Origin: Opitutus sp.
Lineage (GTDB): Bacteria; Verrucomicrobiota; Verrucomicrobiia; Opitutales; Opitutaceae
DNA length: 64,000 nucleotides
NCBI GenBank assembly: GCA_024707325.1
Contig: JANPZY010000003.1
Coordinates: forward strand, 17,361-81,360
Reading direction: 5' to 3'
Shown here: positions 20,278 through 32,250 of the stretch, in pieces
How the letters are laid out: each line of letters starts with the position of its first letter
Numbering within the stretch: position 1 is the stretch's first letter
Translations under genes and position numbers: made by a program
The notes under the pieces: generated by a model
What the model was told of the DNA's origin: nothing
What the model saw: only the letters and a program-made list of their open reading frames with translations
Databases searched by the model: none

Positions 20278-21609
20278 TCAATCCGCGAAATCGGCGATGC
20301 GCAGCAGCAGCGGCGTGTCGACGACCGCCGGCAGCTTCTTCAGTCGCACCAACGTGGACTGCATCGCCTTTTCGTTGCTCTCGTGCGTTGTGAGCACGAG
20401 CGAAGCCGCGTCGGGACGGTCCGCCCGATTTTGGATCACGCTGGCGATGCTCACGTGTTGATCGGCCATGAGCGACGCGATCTTGGCGAGCACGCCCGGA
20501 CGGTCCTTCACGGTCAGACGGAGATAATAACGACCACGAATGTTCTGCGGCGCGGCGAGCTTGCAGGCCGCCTTCTTCGTCACGTTGCGGCTCTCCTTGC
20601 GCGCGGTGATGAACGCGCGGCGATCGTTCTTCAACAGCTCCACCGCGTCCGCGAGGTCGCTGATGACCGCGCTCGAAGTCGCATCCTGACCGGCGCCGCG
20701 GCCGATGTAGAGCGTCGTGCCGACGACGTCGCCCTTCACGGAGACGGCATTGAAAACGCCATTCACGTTGGCGATCACGTGGCTCGACGGAAGCAAGGTC
20801 GGGTGCACGCGCACACTCAGTTCGTCGGTCGCAAAATCGCGCGAGATGATCGCGAGCAGCTTGATGCCGTAGCCCAATTGTTCCGCGTGACGGAAATCCG
20901 CCGGCGTCAGCCGCTCGATGCCGTCCACGATCATCTGATTGGTTTTCACCCACACGCCGTGGGCCAGATACGTGAGCACGGCAGCCTTGTGCGCCGCGTC
21001 CCAGCCGCCGACGTCGAGCGATTCATCGGCCTCGGCATACCCCAGGCGTTTCGCGTCCGCGAGGACGGCTTGGTAAGGCGTGTCGCTCTCCTCCATCTGC
21101 GTGAGGATGTAGTTACACGTGCCGTTGAGGATGCCGTAGATGAGCGGGAAACGATTCGCGACGAGGCCTTCGCGCAGCGATTTGATGATCGGGATGCCGC
21201 CCGCGACGCTCGCCTCAAAAAGGAAGTGCGCACCGTGACGACGTGCCGTCTCGAAAATCTCCGCGCCATGCTCGCAGATCAGCGCCTTGTTCGCGGACAC
21301 GACGATCTTGCCGCGCGACAAGGCCGCGAGCGTGACCTGACGCGCGAGGCCGGTGCCGCCCATGAGTTCGCAAACGATGTCGATCGACGGATCGGTCGCG
21401 ATCGAGAGCGGATCGGACGTGAGCTTGTGCGCCGGGATGGAGACGCCGCGCTTCTTCTTTGCGTCGCGCACGGCGGCCCGGGCGAGTTCGAGTCGCACGC
21501 CGAGGCGCGATTCGAGCTCCGCACGGGAACGCTCAAAATGTTTCCAGACTCCCTGGCCCACCGTTCCAAAACCACAGAGGCCAATACGAATCACAGTCGG
21601 TGCAGTCAT
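20278..21609 (-). CDS. hom: Homoserine dehydrogenase
   Basis: IGLCGFGTVGQGV Rossmann fold, NGTCNYIL motif and a C-terminal ACT domain. Confidence 0.9.
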   Translation of the reverse strand: MTAPTVIRIGLCGFGTVGQGVWKHFERSRAELESRLGVRLELARAAVRDAKKKRGVSIPAHKLTSDPLSIATDPSIDIVCELMGGTGLARQVTLAALSRGKIVVSANKALICEHGAEIFETARRHGAHFLFEASVAGGIPIIKSLREGLVANRFPLIYGILNGTCNYILTQMEESDTPYQAVLADAKRLGYAEADESLDVGGWDAAHKAAVLTYLAHGVWVKTNQMIVDGIERLTPADFRHAEQLGYGIKLLAIISRDFATDELSVRVHPTLLPSSHVIANVNGVFNAVSVKGDVVGTTLYIGRGAGQDATSSAVISDLADAVELLKNDRRAFITARKESRNVTKKAACKLAAPQNIRGRYYLRLTVKDRPGVLAKIASLMADQHVSIASVIQNRADRPDAASLVLTTHESNEKAMQSTLVRLKKLPAVVDTPLLLRIADFAD

Positions 21610-22286
21610 GCGTGGGGCGGCGGCACAGGCTGCCGGCTAAATTTGTTTTCCGTGCCGTTCAGCAGGCGCACGATATTGGAGCGGTGACGCAGGATCACGA
21701 AAACCGCCACCAGGATCGCGAGGATCAGAAGCGGTTTCGGCTGATGCATGACGATGCTGACGATCGGCAGCGACACTGCGGCGAGCAGCGATGCGAGTGA
21801 CACGTAACGGGTCGCATAGAACGAGACGCCCCAGACCACCGCGCCGATCGCGAGCGCAACCGGCATGAGGATCAGCAAACCTCCCACCGACGTGGCGACG
21901 CCCTTGCCGCCGCGAAACTTGGTGAAGCAGGAAAAACTGTGCCCGAGCAGCGCGCCGACCAGACCACCGATCGCGACGATATTCCAGTCGGTGCCCCGGA
22001 TGATGCCATCGGCCGCGATGCCTTCCGTTTCCAAATCGTAAGCGACGCTCGCCTGCGTGTAAGCCAGCAACGACCACGATGCCGCCAAAAAGCCTTTCAG
22101 CGCATCGAGCGTGAAAACCAGATTTCCCGGCCCCGCGCCCAGCACGCGACGGACGTTGGTCGCACCAGGATTTTTGCTTCCTACTTCGAAGATGTTTACT
22201 CCCCGCGACCGCGCGACGAGATACCCGAAAGGCACGGAGCCCACGAGGTATCCAACGATAGCAGCGATGAGAAGCGGGAGAAGCAT
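21606..22286 (-). CDS. plsY: Glycerol-3-phosphate acyltransferase PlsY
   Basis: GYLVGSVPFGYLVAR...GSKNPGATNVRRVLG. Confidence 0.9.
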   Translation of the reverse strand: MLLPLLIAAIVGYLVGSVPFGYLVARSRGVNIFEVGSKNPGATNVRRVLGAGPGNLVFTLDALKGFLAASWSLLAYTQASVAYDLETEGIAADGIIRGTDWNIVAIGGLVGALLGHSFSCFTKFRGGKGVATSVGGLLILMPVALAIGAVVWGVSFYATRYVSLASLLAAVSLPIVSIVMHQPKPLLILAILVAVFVILRHRSNIVRLLNGTENKFSRQPVPPPHA

Positions 22287-22358
22287 CCGGCGGATTTAGG
22301 GTGTCGGCAGGCCGTCGGCGAGTAAATCCGCCCGGCCCGACCGGACACCCGACAAAGC

Positions 22359-23948
22359 TCAGAGCTGGACGAATTTCGCCATCTTGATCGCGGGGTGTCC
22401 CTTGATCGCCTGGCGGGCGCCGTCCGAAGGCTCGGTGTCGACGCGGACGACCATGTAAGCCGTGCCGCCCGGCGTGAGACGGCTCAGCGACATGTCCGCG
22501 ATGTTGACGTTGTTCTTGCCGAGGATGGAACCGATGTCGCCGACCATGCCCGGCTGGTCCACGTTTTCGAGCACGAGCAATTTGCCCTCGGCGGCAACCT
22601 CGACCTCACGGCCGTTGATCTCGACGATGCGCGGCTGGTTGCCCTTGCCGATGAGCGTGCCCGACGCGGAGAACGTCGTGCCCTCGGGCGTCACCGCCTC
22701 GACGCGGGCCAACTCGGTGTAACCCGAATCACTCGTGGACTTGGTGACTTCCGCGCGGAGGCCGAGACGCTCGAGCAGCACCGGCGCGTTCACGAAATTC
22801 ACTTCGTCGCCGCTGATGCGGCGCAGATAACCGCGCTGGATGGCGCGGGTGATGGCGTTGGCGTCGAGATCGACGATCTTGCCCCAATACGTGATGCGGA
22901 GCGTCGCGATCTGCGCGGGCGAAATCTGCTGCACGAGCGTGCCGAGCTTCGCGCCGAGATCGAGATACGGCCCGAGCACTTTCAGCGCCGCGGCGTCGAT
23001 CGACGGCATGTTAACCGCATTGCGAATCACGCCGCCGTTCAGCACGTCGGCAATTTGTTCGGCGATTTCGATGCCGACCGACTCCTGCGCTTCGGCCGTG
23101 GAAGCGCCCAGGTGCGGCGTGAGCACGACATTGGGCATCGAGCGGAACGGATGATCCTTCGCGAGCGGTTCGTCCTCGAACACATCGAGGCCCGCAGCCG
23201 CGACCTTGCCCGACTTCAGTGCTTCGAGAAGAGCGGCCTCCTTGATGATGCCGCCGCGGGCGCAGTTGAAGATGCGGAGCCCCTTCTTGCACTTCTCGAA
23301 CGCCGCTTCGTCGATCATGTATTTCGTGTCGTCCGTGAGCGGCATGTGCACGGTGATGTAGTCCGACTGCTGGAGCAGTTCGTCGAGCGTGACCGCCTCG
23401 ACCTGCATGGCCTTGGCGCGGCTCGGAGCGAGATACGGATCGTAAGCCAGCACGCGCATGCCAAACGCCTGGGCGCGTTTCGCGACCTCGCCGCCGATGC
23501 GGCCGAGACCGACGATGCCGAGCGTTTTGCGGAAAAGCTCGATGCCCGAGAAGCTCTTGCGATCCCATTGGCCGGCCTTCATCGAGGCAGCCGCCTGGGG
23601 CACCGGACGAGCGCCGCAGAGCAAGTGTGTAAAGGTGAGCTCCGCCGTCGCGATCGTGTTGCCCGCCGGGGTGTTCATCACAACCACACCGCGCTCGGTG
23701 GCGGCTTCGACGTCGACGTTGTCCACGCCCACACCGGCGCGGCCCACGACTTTCAGGAGAGGCGCTGCCGCAAGAACTTCCGCCGTGATCTTCGTCTCCG
23801 AACGCACCGCGATCGCGTGCACGTCTTTCACCAGCTCGAGCACCTTCTCCGGAGAAGAGCCGTAGGCCTCAACGACTTCGATGCCGGGCTGCTGGCGCAG
23901 GTAGGCGACTCCCTTGGGCGAGATCTTGTCAGCGACGAGGACTTTCAT
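22359..23948 (-). CDS. serA: D-3-phosphoglycerate dehydrogenase
   Basis: 529 aa with GIVGLGRIGGEVA NAD-binding site and a C-terminal ACT domain. Confidence 0.9.
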   Translation of the reverse strand: MKVLVADKISPKGVAYLRQQPGIEVVEAYGSSPEKVLELVKDVHAIAVRSETKITAEVLAAAPLLKVVGRAGVGVDNVDVEAATERGVVVMNTPAGNTIATAELTFTHLLCGARPVPQAAASMKAGQWDRKSFSGIELFRKTLGIVGLGRIGGEVAKRAQAFGMRVLAYDPYLAPSRAKAMQVEAVTLDELLQQSDYITVHMPLTDDTKYMIDEAAFEKCKKGLRIFNCARGGIIKEAALLEALKSGKVAAAGLDVFEDEPLAKDHPFRSMPNVVLTPHLGASTAEAQESVGIEIAEQIADVLNGGVIRNAVNMPSIDAAALKVLGPYLDLGAKLGTLVQQISPAQIATLRITYWGKIVDLDANAITRAIQRGYLRRISGDEVNFVNAPVLLERLGLRAEVTKSTSDSGYTELARVEAVTPEGTTFSASGTLIGKGNQPRIVEINGREVEVAAEGKLLVLENVDQPGMVGDIGSILGKNNVNIADMSLSRLTPGGTAYMVVRVDTEPSDGARQAIKGHPAIKMAKFVQL

Positions 23949-24056
23949 GTGGGAAAAAAGGTCCTAAAGGAACAACCGCCCCGATTTCCTAGCAAGGAAA
24001 ACGTTACCGTTATGACAAGAGGTTGGAGGCGCTAAACCCGGCGATCTTTCGCTCCC

Positions 24057-24088
24057 AGAAAACGCAAAGCCCGCCGTCTCCGGCGGGC
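24057..24088 (-). terminator. Intrinsic terminator for the oligopeptidase genes
   Basis: Stem GCCCGCCG/CGGCGGGC (24069-24088), loop TCTC. On the minus strand it is followed by TTTGCGTTTTC. Confidence 0.6.
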
Positions 24089-24149
24089 TCACGCAAATCT
24101 CCAGCGAAAGAGCCCGCAGCGAACGACGGGCTCCGCGTTTTCGCGACCG

Positions 24150-26243
24150 TTACTGCGGCTTCAATCCGACGAAGTAAGCGGCAAACGCCAGCTTGTCGGC
24201 CGCTTCCTCGATGATCTTGGAAGTCGGCTTTCCTGCGCCGTGACCGGCCTTGGTCTCGATCCGGATAAGCACCGGGCCCGTGTCGGTCCGGCCGCGCGCG
24301 GCCTCCTGCATTGCCGCAGTGTATTTGAACGAATGCGCCGGATGCACGCGGTCATCGTGATCCGCCGTCGTCACCAACACGGCCGGATAGCGCGCGCCGG
24401 TCTTCACTGTGTGCAGGGGCGAATACGCCCGGAGATACTTGAAACCTTCCGGGTCGTCGCTCGAACCGTAGTCCGCCACCCACGCGTGACCGATCGTGAA
24501 TTTGTGGAAACGCAGCATGTCCATCACGCCCACCGCCGGCAGGGCCACGCGTGCGAGCTCGGGACGCTGATTGACGGTCGCACCGACGAGCAAACCGCCG
24601 TTACTGCCGCCCGACAGCACGAGTTTCGCCGACGAGGTGTAGCGGTTCTCGATCAACCACTCCGCCGCCGCGATGAAGTCGTCGAAGACGTTTTGCTTCC
24701 GCTCCTTCGTGCCGGCCTCGTGCCACTCTTTGCCGTATTCGCCGCCGCCGCGGAGATTGGGCACGGCATACACGCCGCCCGCTTCCATCCACACGAGATT
24801 GCCGAGTGAAAACGCCGGCTGCAGCGACACATCGAAACCGCCGTAGCCGTAGAGCAGCGCCGGCGCGGTGCCGTCGAGCGCGAGCCCCTTCTTGTGCGTG
24901 ATAAACATCGGCACGCGCGTGCCGTCCTTCGAGCTGTAGAACACCTGCTTCGTCTCGTAGGCCGCGGGATCGAAATCGACCGTGGGTGCGCGAAACACTT
25001 CCCCCTTCCCGCTCTTCAAATCGTGACGGAAGATCGTCGTGGGATACGTGAACGAGGTGAAGCTGTAGAAAATCTCGGGGTCGTCCGCCCGTCCGGAAAC
25101 GCCTGCGATCTGCCCCAAGCCCGGCAGCGGCACATCGCCCTCGGCCGTGCCGTCGGGACGGTAGACACTGAGGCGGATGGCGACGTCGCGCATCGAGAGC
25201 ACGACGATCTTTCCGCCGATGACGGCCGCCCATTCGATCACGTCCTGACCTTCCGGCACGACGGTCCGCCACTGGTCGCGAGCGGGGTTTCGGGTATCCA
25301 CAGCGATGATACGCTTGCGCGGCGCATCCAGGTTGGTCTGGAGAAACAGCGTCGACCCGAGATTACCGATCACCGAAAACTCCGCCTCCCACTCGTCCAC
25401 GAGGTTCACGAACGGCGCGTCGAGCCGCGGCGCCTTCGGGTCGCCGAGATCGGCGAAGCGGATGAGGTTGTCGTTCGAGTCGCCGCGCGCGAGGTGCACG
25501 ATGAGGAAGCGCCCCTCGTCGGTCACGCCGCCGTAAACAAACCACTTCGGCTGATCCGGCACCTCGGCGATCAACAGGTCCTCCGACTGCGGCGTGCCGA
25601 GTCGGTGATAATAAAGCTTCTGGTGCTCGAGCGCGCTGAAGGTCTTGCCCGTGCCCGCTTCCACCTTCGGCTCCGGAAAGCGCGAGTAAAAGAAGCCCTT
25701 GCTGTCCTTCGTCCACGAGAGCGAGGAGAACTTCACCCACTTCACCACGTCGTCCGTGTCCTGCGCGTCGGCGATGCCGCGCACGCGATACTCGTTCCAA
25801 TCGGAACCTGCCGAAGCCGTGCCGTAGGCCAGCCATTTTCCGTCGTCGGACACCGCCGTCGCGGTCAGCGCGACGGTGCCATCTTCGGAGAGCTGATTCG
25901 GATCGAGCAACACGCGCGGCTCACCGTGCAGCGAGTCCTGCACATAAAGCACCGCCTGATTTTGCAGGCCCTCATTTTTCGAGAAGAAATACTTCCCCGC
26001 CTCCTTCTGCGGCAGACCGAACTTCGGGTAATTCCACAGCTTGGTGAGGCGCTTCTTGAACCATTCGCGCTGCGGCAGCTTTTCCAGAAAACCAAACGTC
26101 AATTGATTCTGCGCGCCCACCCACGCCGCGGTCTCGGCGGAGTCGAGATCCTCGAGCCAGCGGTAAGGATCGGGGACTTTTTGCCCGTGATAGTCATCGA
26201 TTGTGCCGTCTTTTCGCGCAGGGGGATAATTGAAGGTGTTCAT
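24150..26243 (-). CDS. Prolyl oligopeptidase (S9A), copy 2, no signal peptide
   Basis: MNTFNYPPARKDG...DPYRWLEDLDS...GGSNGGLLVG...TADHDDRVHPAHS. 697 aa. Confidence 0.85.
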   Translation of the reverse strand: MNTFNYPPARKDGTIDDYHGQKVPDPYRWLEDLDSAETAAWVGAQNQLTFGFLEKLPQREWFKKRLTKLWNYPKFGLPQKEAGKYFFSKNEGLQNQAVLYVQDSLHGEPRVLLDPNQLSEDGTVALTATAVSDDGKWLAYGTASAGSDWNEYRVRGIADAQDTDDVVKWVKFSSLSWTKDSKGFFYSRFPEPKVEAGTGKTFSALEHQKLYYHRLGTPQSEDLLIAEVPDQPKWFVYGGVTDEGRFLIVHLARGDSNDNLIRFADLGDPKAPRLDAPFVNLVDEWEAEFSVIGNLGSTLFLQTNLDAPRKRIIAVDTRNPARDQWRTVVPEGQDVIEWAAVIGGKIVVLSMRDVAIRLSVYRPDGTAEGDVPLPGLGQIAGVSGRADDPEIFYSFTSFTYPTTIFRHDLKSGKGEVFRAPTVDFDPAAYETKQVFYSSKDGTRVPMFITHKKGLALDGTAPALLYGYGGFDVSLQPAFSLGNLVWMEAGGVYAVPNLRGGGEYGKEWHEAGTKERKQNVFDDFIAAAEWLIENRYTSSAKLVLSGGSNGGLLVGATVNQRPELARVALPAVGVMDMLRFHKFTIGHAWVADYGSSDDPEGFKYLRAYSPLHTVKTGARYPAVLVTTADHDDRVHPAHSFKYTAAMQEAARGRTDTGPVLIRIETKAGHGAGKPTSKIIEEAADKLAFAAYFVGLKPQ

Positions 26244-28433
<2,190 letters not shown>

Positions 28434-28508
28434 TCGCCCAGCGTGCGGGCCGCCGCGTTCGTCGCAACTTCCGTTTGCACCACGCCGTTCCCAACGCCTC
28501 AATACCTC

Positions 28509-29168
28509 ATGCGTTTTCTTCGCCCCTTCCTCTCGCTCGTCGTTGTCGCCCTCCTCGCCTCGCCCCTCGCCGCGGCGCCCGACTACTGGAAAAAAGACAT
28601 CCAGAAATTCCTCGCCGCCGACGCCGCCAATCCGCCGCCGCAGGACGCCGTGCTCTTCATCGGCAGCTCGTCGATCCGCATGTGGAAGACGCTCGCCAAA
28701 GACTTTCCGCAGGTGAAAACCATCAACCGCGGATTCGGCGGCTCCGAACTTGCCGACAGCGTTTACTACGCCGACCAGATCGCGATTCCCTATCGTCCGC
28801 GCACGGTCGTCCTCTACGCCGGCGACAACGATGTCGCGAACAACAAGTCCCCCGAGCAGATCGCGGCCGACTTCGTGGCGTTTCGCGAAAAGATTCACGC
28901 TGCGCTCCCGCAGACGCGCATCATCTATCTCGCCGTGAAACTCAGCCCGTCGCGCATGCAATTCCGCGACGCCGCGCTGCGAACGAACGAGCTGATCGCC
29001 GCCGATTGCGCGCAGCATCCGCTCTGCACGTTCGTCGATATCGTTACGCCCATGCTCGACGACGCCGGCCAGCCGCGTCCCGAACTTTTCCTCTCCGACA
29101 TGCTCCATCTCAGCGACGCCGGCTACGCGATCTGGACGCGCGCGCTCGCTCCTCACCTTCAACCATGA
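28509..29168 (+). CDS. SGNH/GDSL-type hydrolase with signal peptide
   Basis: Conserved blocks FIGSSSIRMW, GFGGS, YAGDNDV and SDMLHLS. Confidence 0.75.
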   Translation: MRFLRPFLSLVVVALLASPLAAAPDYWKKDIQKFLAADAANPPPQDAVLFIGSSSIRMWKTLAKDFPQVKTINRGFGGSELADSVYYADQIAIPYRPRTVVLYAGDNDVANNKSPEQIAADFVAFREKIHAALPQTRIIYLAVKLSPSRMQFRDAALRTNELIAADCAQHPLCTFVDIVTPMLDDAGQPRPELFLSDMLHLSDAGYAIWTRALAPHLQP

Positions 29169-29785
29169 GTTCCTCCGCCGCCGCCCGGCTCGTGCAACAG
29201 GTTCAGTTTATCGCCGAGGTCGATAAACTGAAGGACATCTTCCGCCAATCGCTCACCACGCAGAGCCGTCGCAACGAAAACGACGCCGAGCACTCCTGGC
29301 ATCTCTGCCTCTGCGCGATCGTCCTCGCCGAGCACGCCAATACGCCGAATCTCGATCTGCTGCGCGTATTGAAAATGCTGATACTTCACGACCTCGTGGA
29401 AATCGACGCCGGCGACACCTTCGCCTACGATGTCGCCCGCCTGGCCGATCAGCACGAACGCGAGGCCCGCGCCGCCGACCGCATCTTCGGTCTGCTGCCG
29501 CCTGACCAGGCGGCCGAGTTCCGCGCGCTCTGGGACGAGTTCGAGGAAAAGGTCACGCCCGAGGCCAAGTTCGCCACCGCGCTCGATCGTTTCCAACCCA
29601 TGCTGCTCAACTGCCGCACCGAAGGCGCCGCGTGGCAGCGGCACGGCGTCACCCACGACCGCGTGCTCGCGCGCAATCAGCACGTCGCCGAAGGCAGCGC
29701 CGCGATCTGGGACTACGCCCAGCAAATGGTGCAAGCCGCCGTCGACGCGGGCCACCTCGCCCCCGCCGGCCCGCGCCGCGACTAA
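29165..29785 (+). CDS. HD-domain phosphohydrolase (YfbR-like)
   Basis: NDAEHSWHL...LILHDLVEIDAGD. The ATG overlaps the upstream stop (ATGA). Confidence 0.75.
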   Translation: MSSSAAARLVQQVQFIAEVDKLKDIFRQSLTTQSRRNENDAEHSWHLCLCAIVLAEHANTPNLDLLRVLKMLILHDLVEIDAGDTFAYDVARLADQHEREARAADRIFGLLPPDQAAEFRALWDEFEEKVTPEAKFATALDRFQPMLLNCRTEGAAWQRHGVTHDRVLARNQHVAEGSAAIWDYAQQMVQAAVDAGHLAPAGPRRD

Positions 29786-29894
29786 CGTAACGAGGCACGA
29801 CCCGGTCCGCACCTTGTCGCGACCATGTGCGCACCGTGGCTCGACCGTGTGCGGACTTTGGCTCGACTCGGTCCGCACTCGGTCCCGACCCGGT
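29786..29894. repeat. 22-bp tandem repeat array, locus A (about 4.5 units)
   Basis: Units at 29805-29826, 29827-29848, 29849-29870 and 29871-29892, for example GTGCGCACCGTGGCTCGACCGT. The array fills the whole gap between two convergent stop codons. Confidence 0.85.
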
Positions 29895-31163
29895 TCAGCT
29901 TAAGTCCCGAATCGAGCCGAACTCGGGATCGAACAGGCGCCGATAGGTCCGCACGATCATGCCATCCGTGAGTCCGGCGAGCCAGTCACAGATCTGCCGC
30001 GCTTTTCCCGCGTTTGTTTTTTCCGCCTCGATCAGTTTGCCGATCCGCGGGGGCAGGATGTTGATCACCCGCGATCCGCGCTCGACGTAGTTTCTCCACG
30101 CCGAATCCCACAGTTCGAAGAGCACCCGCCGCGCCTTGTGCTCCATCTGCTGAAGCTGCGGGCTTTCAAAGATGATGTCGTTGGCGATCTTTTTGAAGAA
30201 CTGCGCCTCGTCCTCGACCCCGCCAGAAATCACGAGCTCGTAGCGGTAGCGATTGGTGCGCTCCGCCATGAAATTGCTGCGCTCGCGCAGTCGGCAGGTG
30301 GAGATGAAGCGACCGACTTTTTGCGCGAACACGCTCTCCAACCGGTCGCCGCGGATCGCGTCGAAAAGCGTATCCAAAAGTTTCTGACGCGGCGGATCGA
30401 TCGCCTCGCCCGCCGCCCAGCGCTCGATGCGCTCGATGGTGAGAAACCCGGCCGTCACGCCGTCCACGATATCGTTGAGCGAATAGGCGACGTCGTCCGC
30501 CCAATCCATGATCTGACACTCGATGCTTTTGAAGGCGTTGAGCTTGTCGCCTTCGTGCAACGCTGCGGGGATCTCCGCGCCGCCGAACACGAAACTGCGC
30601 TCCGCCGTCTGCGGATCGTAGAGAAAGTGATTTTTCGGCGGCGTCGGAAACTCCGAGAACAGTTTTTTGTATTTAAGCACACCATCGAGCAGCGCGCGCG
30701 TCGGCTGCATGCCGCGCACGGAAGTTTCGTTTTGAAAAATCGTTTCCGTGAGCAGATGCAGCGTCTGCGCGTTGCCCTCGAAACCGCCCCACCCGATCAT
30801 CAATTCCTGCAACGTGCGCTCACCCGAGTGACCGAACGGCGGATGGCCGAGGTCGTGCGAAAGACACGCCGCCTCGACCAGATCGCTGTCGATGTAGAAA
30901 TCCTCCGTGAGCGGTCCGCCGCGTGTGCGCAGATAATGACAGATCGAGCGACCGATCTGCGCGACCTCCATCGAGTGCGTCAGTCGCGTGCGATAGAAAT
31001 CGTATTCGCCGGACAGAAACACCTGCGTCTTCGACTGCAGTTTCCGAAACGCGTGAGCGTGGATGATCCGGTCGCGATCCACTTGAAACGGGCTGCGGTA
31101 GTCGGGTTTCCGGCCTCCGCCATAACACTCGAAGTCGAACTCGCGATAAAACCGATTTCCCAT
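29895..31163 (-). CDS. dgt: dGTPase-like triphosphohydrolase (HD superfamily)
   Basis: FQVDRDRIIHAHAFRKLQSKTQV...THSMEVAQIGR...SHDLGHPPFGHSGE. Confidence 0.85.
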   Translation of the reverse strand: MGNRFYREFDFECYGGGRKPDYRSPFQVDRDRIIHAHAFRKLQSKTQVFLSGEYDFYRTRLTHSMEVAQIGRSICHYLRTRGGPLTEDFYIDSDLVEAACLSHDLGHPPFGHSGERTLQELMIGWGGFEGNAQTLHLLTETIFQNETSVRGMQPTRALLDGVLKYKKLFSEFPTPPKNHFLYDPQTAERSFVFGGAEIPAALHEGDKLNAFKSIECQIMDWADDVAYSLNDIVDGVTAGFLTIERIERWAAGEAIDPPRQKLLDTLFDAIRGDRLESVFAQKVGRFISTCRLRERSNFMAERTNRYRYELVISGGVEDEAQFFKKIANDIIFESPQLQQMEHKARRVLFELWDSAWRNYVERGSRVINILPPRIGKLIEAEKTNAGKARQICDWLAGLTDGMIVRTYRRLFDPEFGSIRDLS

Positions 31164-31218
31164 GGCAAGGACTTGGACACGAAGCGGAACTCGCCCATGA
31201 TGCAAACCCATACCGGTC

Positions 31219-31707
31219 ATGCCACGCCTCGTGTTCCCCACTCTCCTTGGCTCCTGCGCGCTGTCGTGGCACGAGCACGGACTCACGCGCTTCGAGCTGC
31301 CGGAAGCCGGCCCGCAGCCCGACGACGTCAGCGCCGCCCCCGAGCGGATCGAGCAACTGATCGCGCGCGTGCGCGAACACTTGGGGGGACGGTTTCAGGA
31401 TTTCTCCGACGTGTGCTTCGATTTCAAAACGGTTCCGGAGTTCAACGCCGAGGTTTTGCGGGCAACGTTGCAGGTGAAGTCGGGCACCACGCGCACCTAT
31501 GGCGAAATCGCCCGCCTGATCGGGCGTGGTCCAGTCGCAAGTCGCGCCGTCGGCGCCGCGCTGGGCGCAAATCCGTGGCCGCTGTTGATTCCGTGTCACC
31601 GGATCGTCGCCGCGGATGGAAGGATGACCGGATTCTCCGGCCCCGGTGGCATCCGCACCAAGCTGCGGTTGCTCGCGCTCGAAGGAGCGGAGCTGTTTGC
31701 CGACTGA
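31219..31707 (+). CDS. ogt: Methylated-DNA--protein-cysteine methyltransferase
   Basis: TYGEIARLIG...IPCHRIV active-site motif. Confidence 0.9.
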   Translation: MPRLVFPTLLGSCALSWHEHGLTRFELPEAGPQPDDVSAAPERIEQLIARVREHLGGRFQDFSDVCFDFKTVPEFNAEVLRATLQVKSGTTRTYGEIARLIGRGPVASRAVGAALGANPWPLLIPCHRIVAADGRMTGFSGPGGIRTKLRLLALEGAELFAD

Positions 31708-31732
31708 TCGCGCGAGCGTATCCGTTTTTCCC

Positions 31733-32098
31733 CTACGCTGCGCCCTGCGAGTTCGCCGAACCGACCGAAGGCATGGGAGACGTCGCTTGCCAGGCCGCCG
31801 TGACCAGAGCCGCGGCCCGCCGGCCGGAAACCCTGATCTTGAGTCGACGGAGGAACGGTTCGTGCCAGGGATGCAGGCGGAAGCCCTTCAGTTCTTCACG
31901 CAACTGGGACACGGTGGTGACCCTGCCGAGGCGCGCGACGAAATCGAAATCCTCGGCGAAGTAGTCGCGATTCAGCAGGAGAATCACGGGTGCCACCACC
32001 CACGCGCGACGAAACAAGCAACGCCGAAACACGGCGTCGGTAAACTCCTCGGGCGCCAACTGGTGTTGCTCGCAGAAAAGGTCTGCAAACGTTCGCAT
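31733..32098 (-). CDS. Hypothetical protein
   Basis: ORF starting at MRTFADLF (ATG 32098). No family recognised. Confidence 0.4.
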   Translation of the reverse strand: MRTFADLFCEQHQLAPEEFTDAVFRRCLFRRAWVVAPVILLLNRDYFAEDFDFVARLGRVTTVSQLREELKGFRLHPWHEPFLRRLKIRVSGRRAAALVTAAWQATSPMPSVGSANSQGAA

Positions 32099-32250
32099 AA
32101 TGCCCGCGTTTGCCGCATGAGCCGCACCAACTGCGGGCGAAACACGAGGCTCACGCCTATTTTTGCGGTTATCCACGGCGCTAATAAGCGCGTAGCCAGC
32201 GTGCAGTGATGCCTTCTCGCCAATCGGAGATCTCTGAGTAGGGTCCCGCC

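Noticed and set aside
28434-29162. N-terminal 243 codons of the 1670-aa ORF 24150..29162
   Set aside because: This part is a shadow frame antisense to the SGNH hydrolase gene (28509..29168). The peptidase starts at the signal-peptide Met at 28433.
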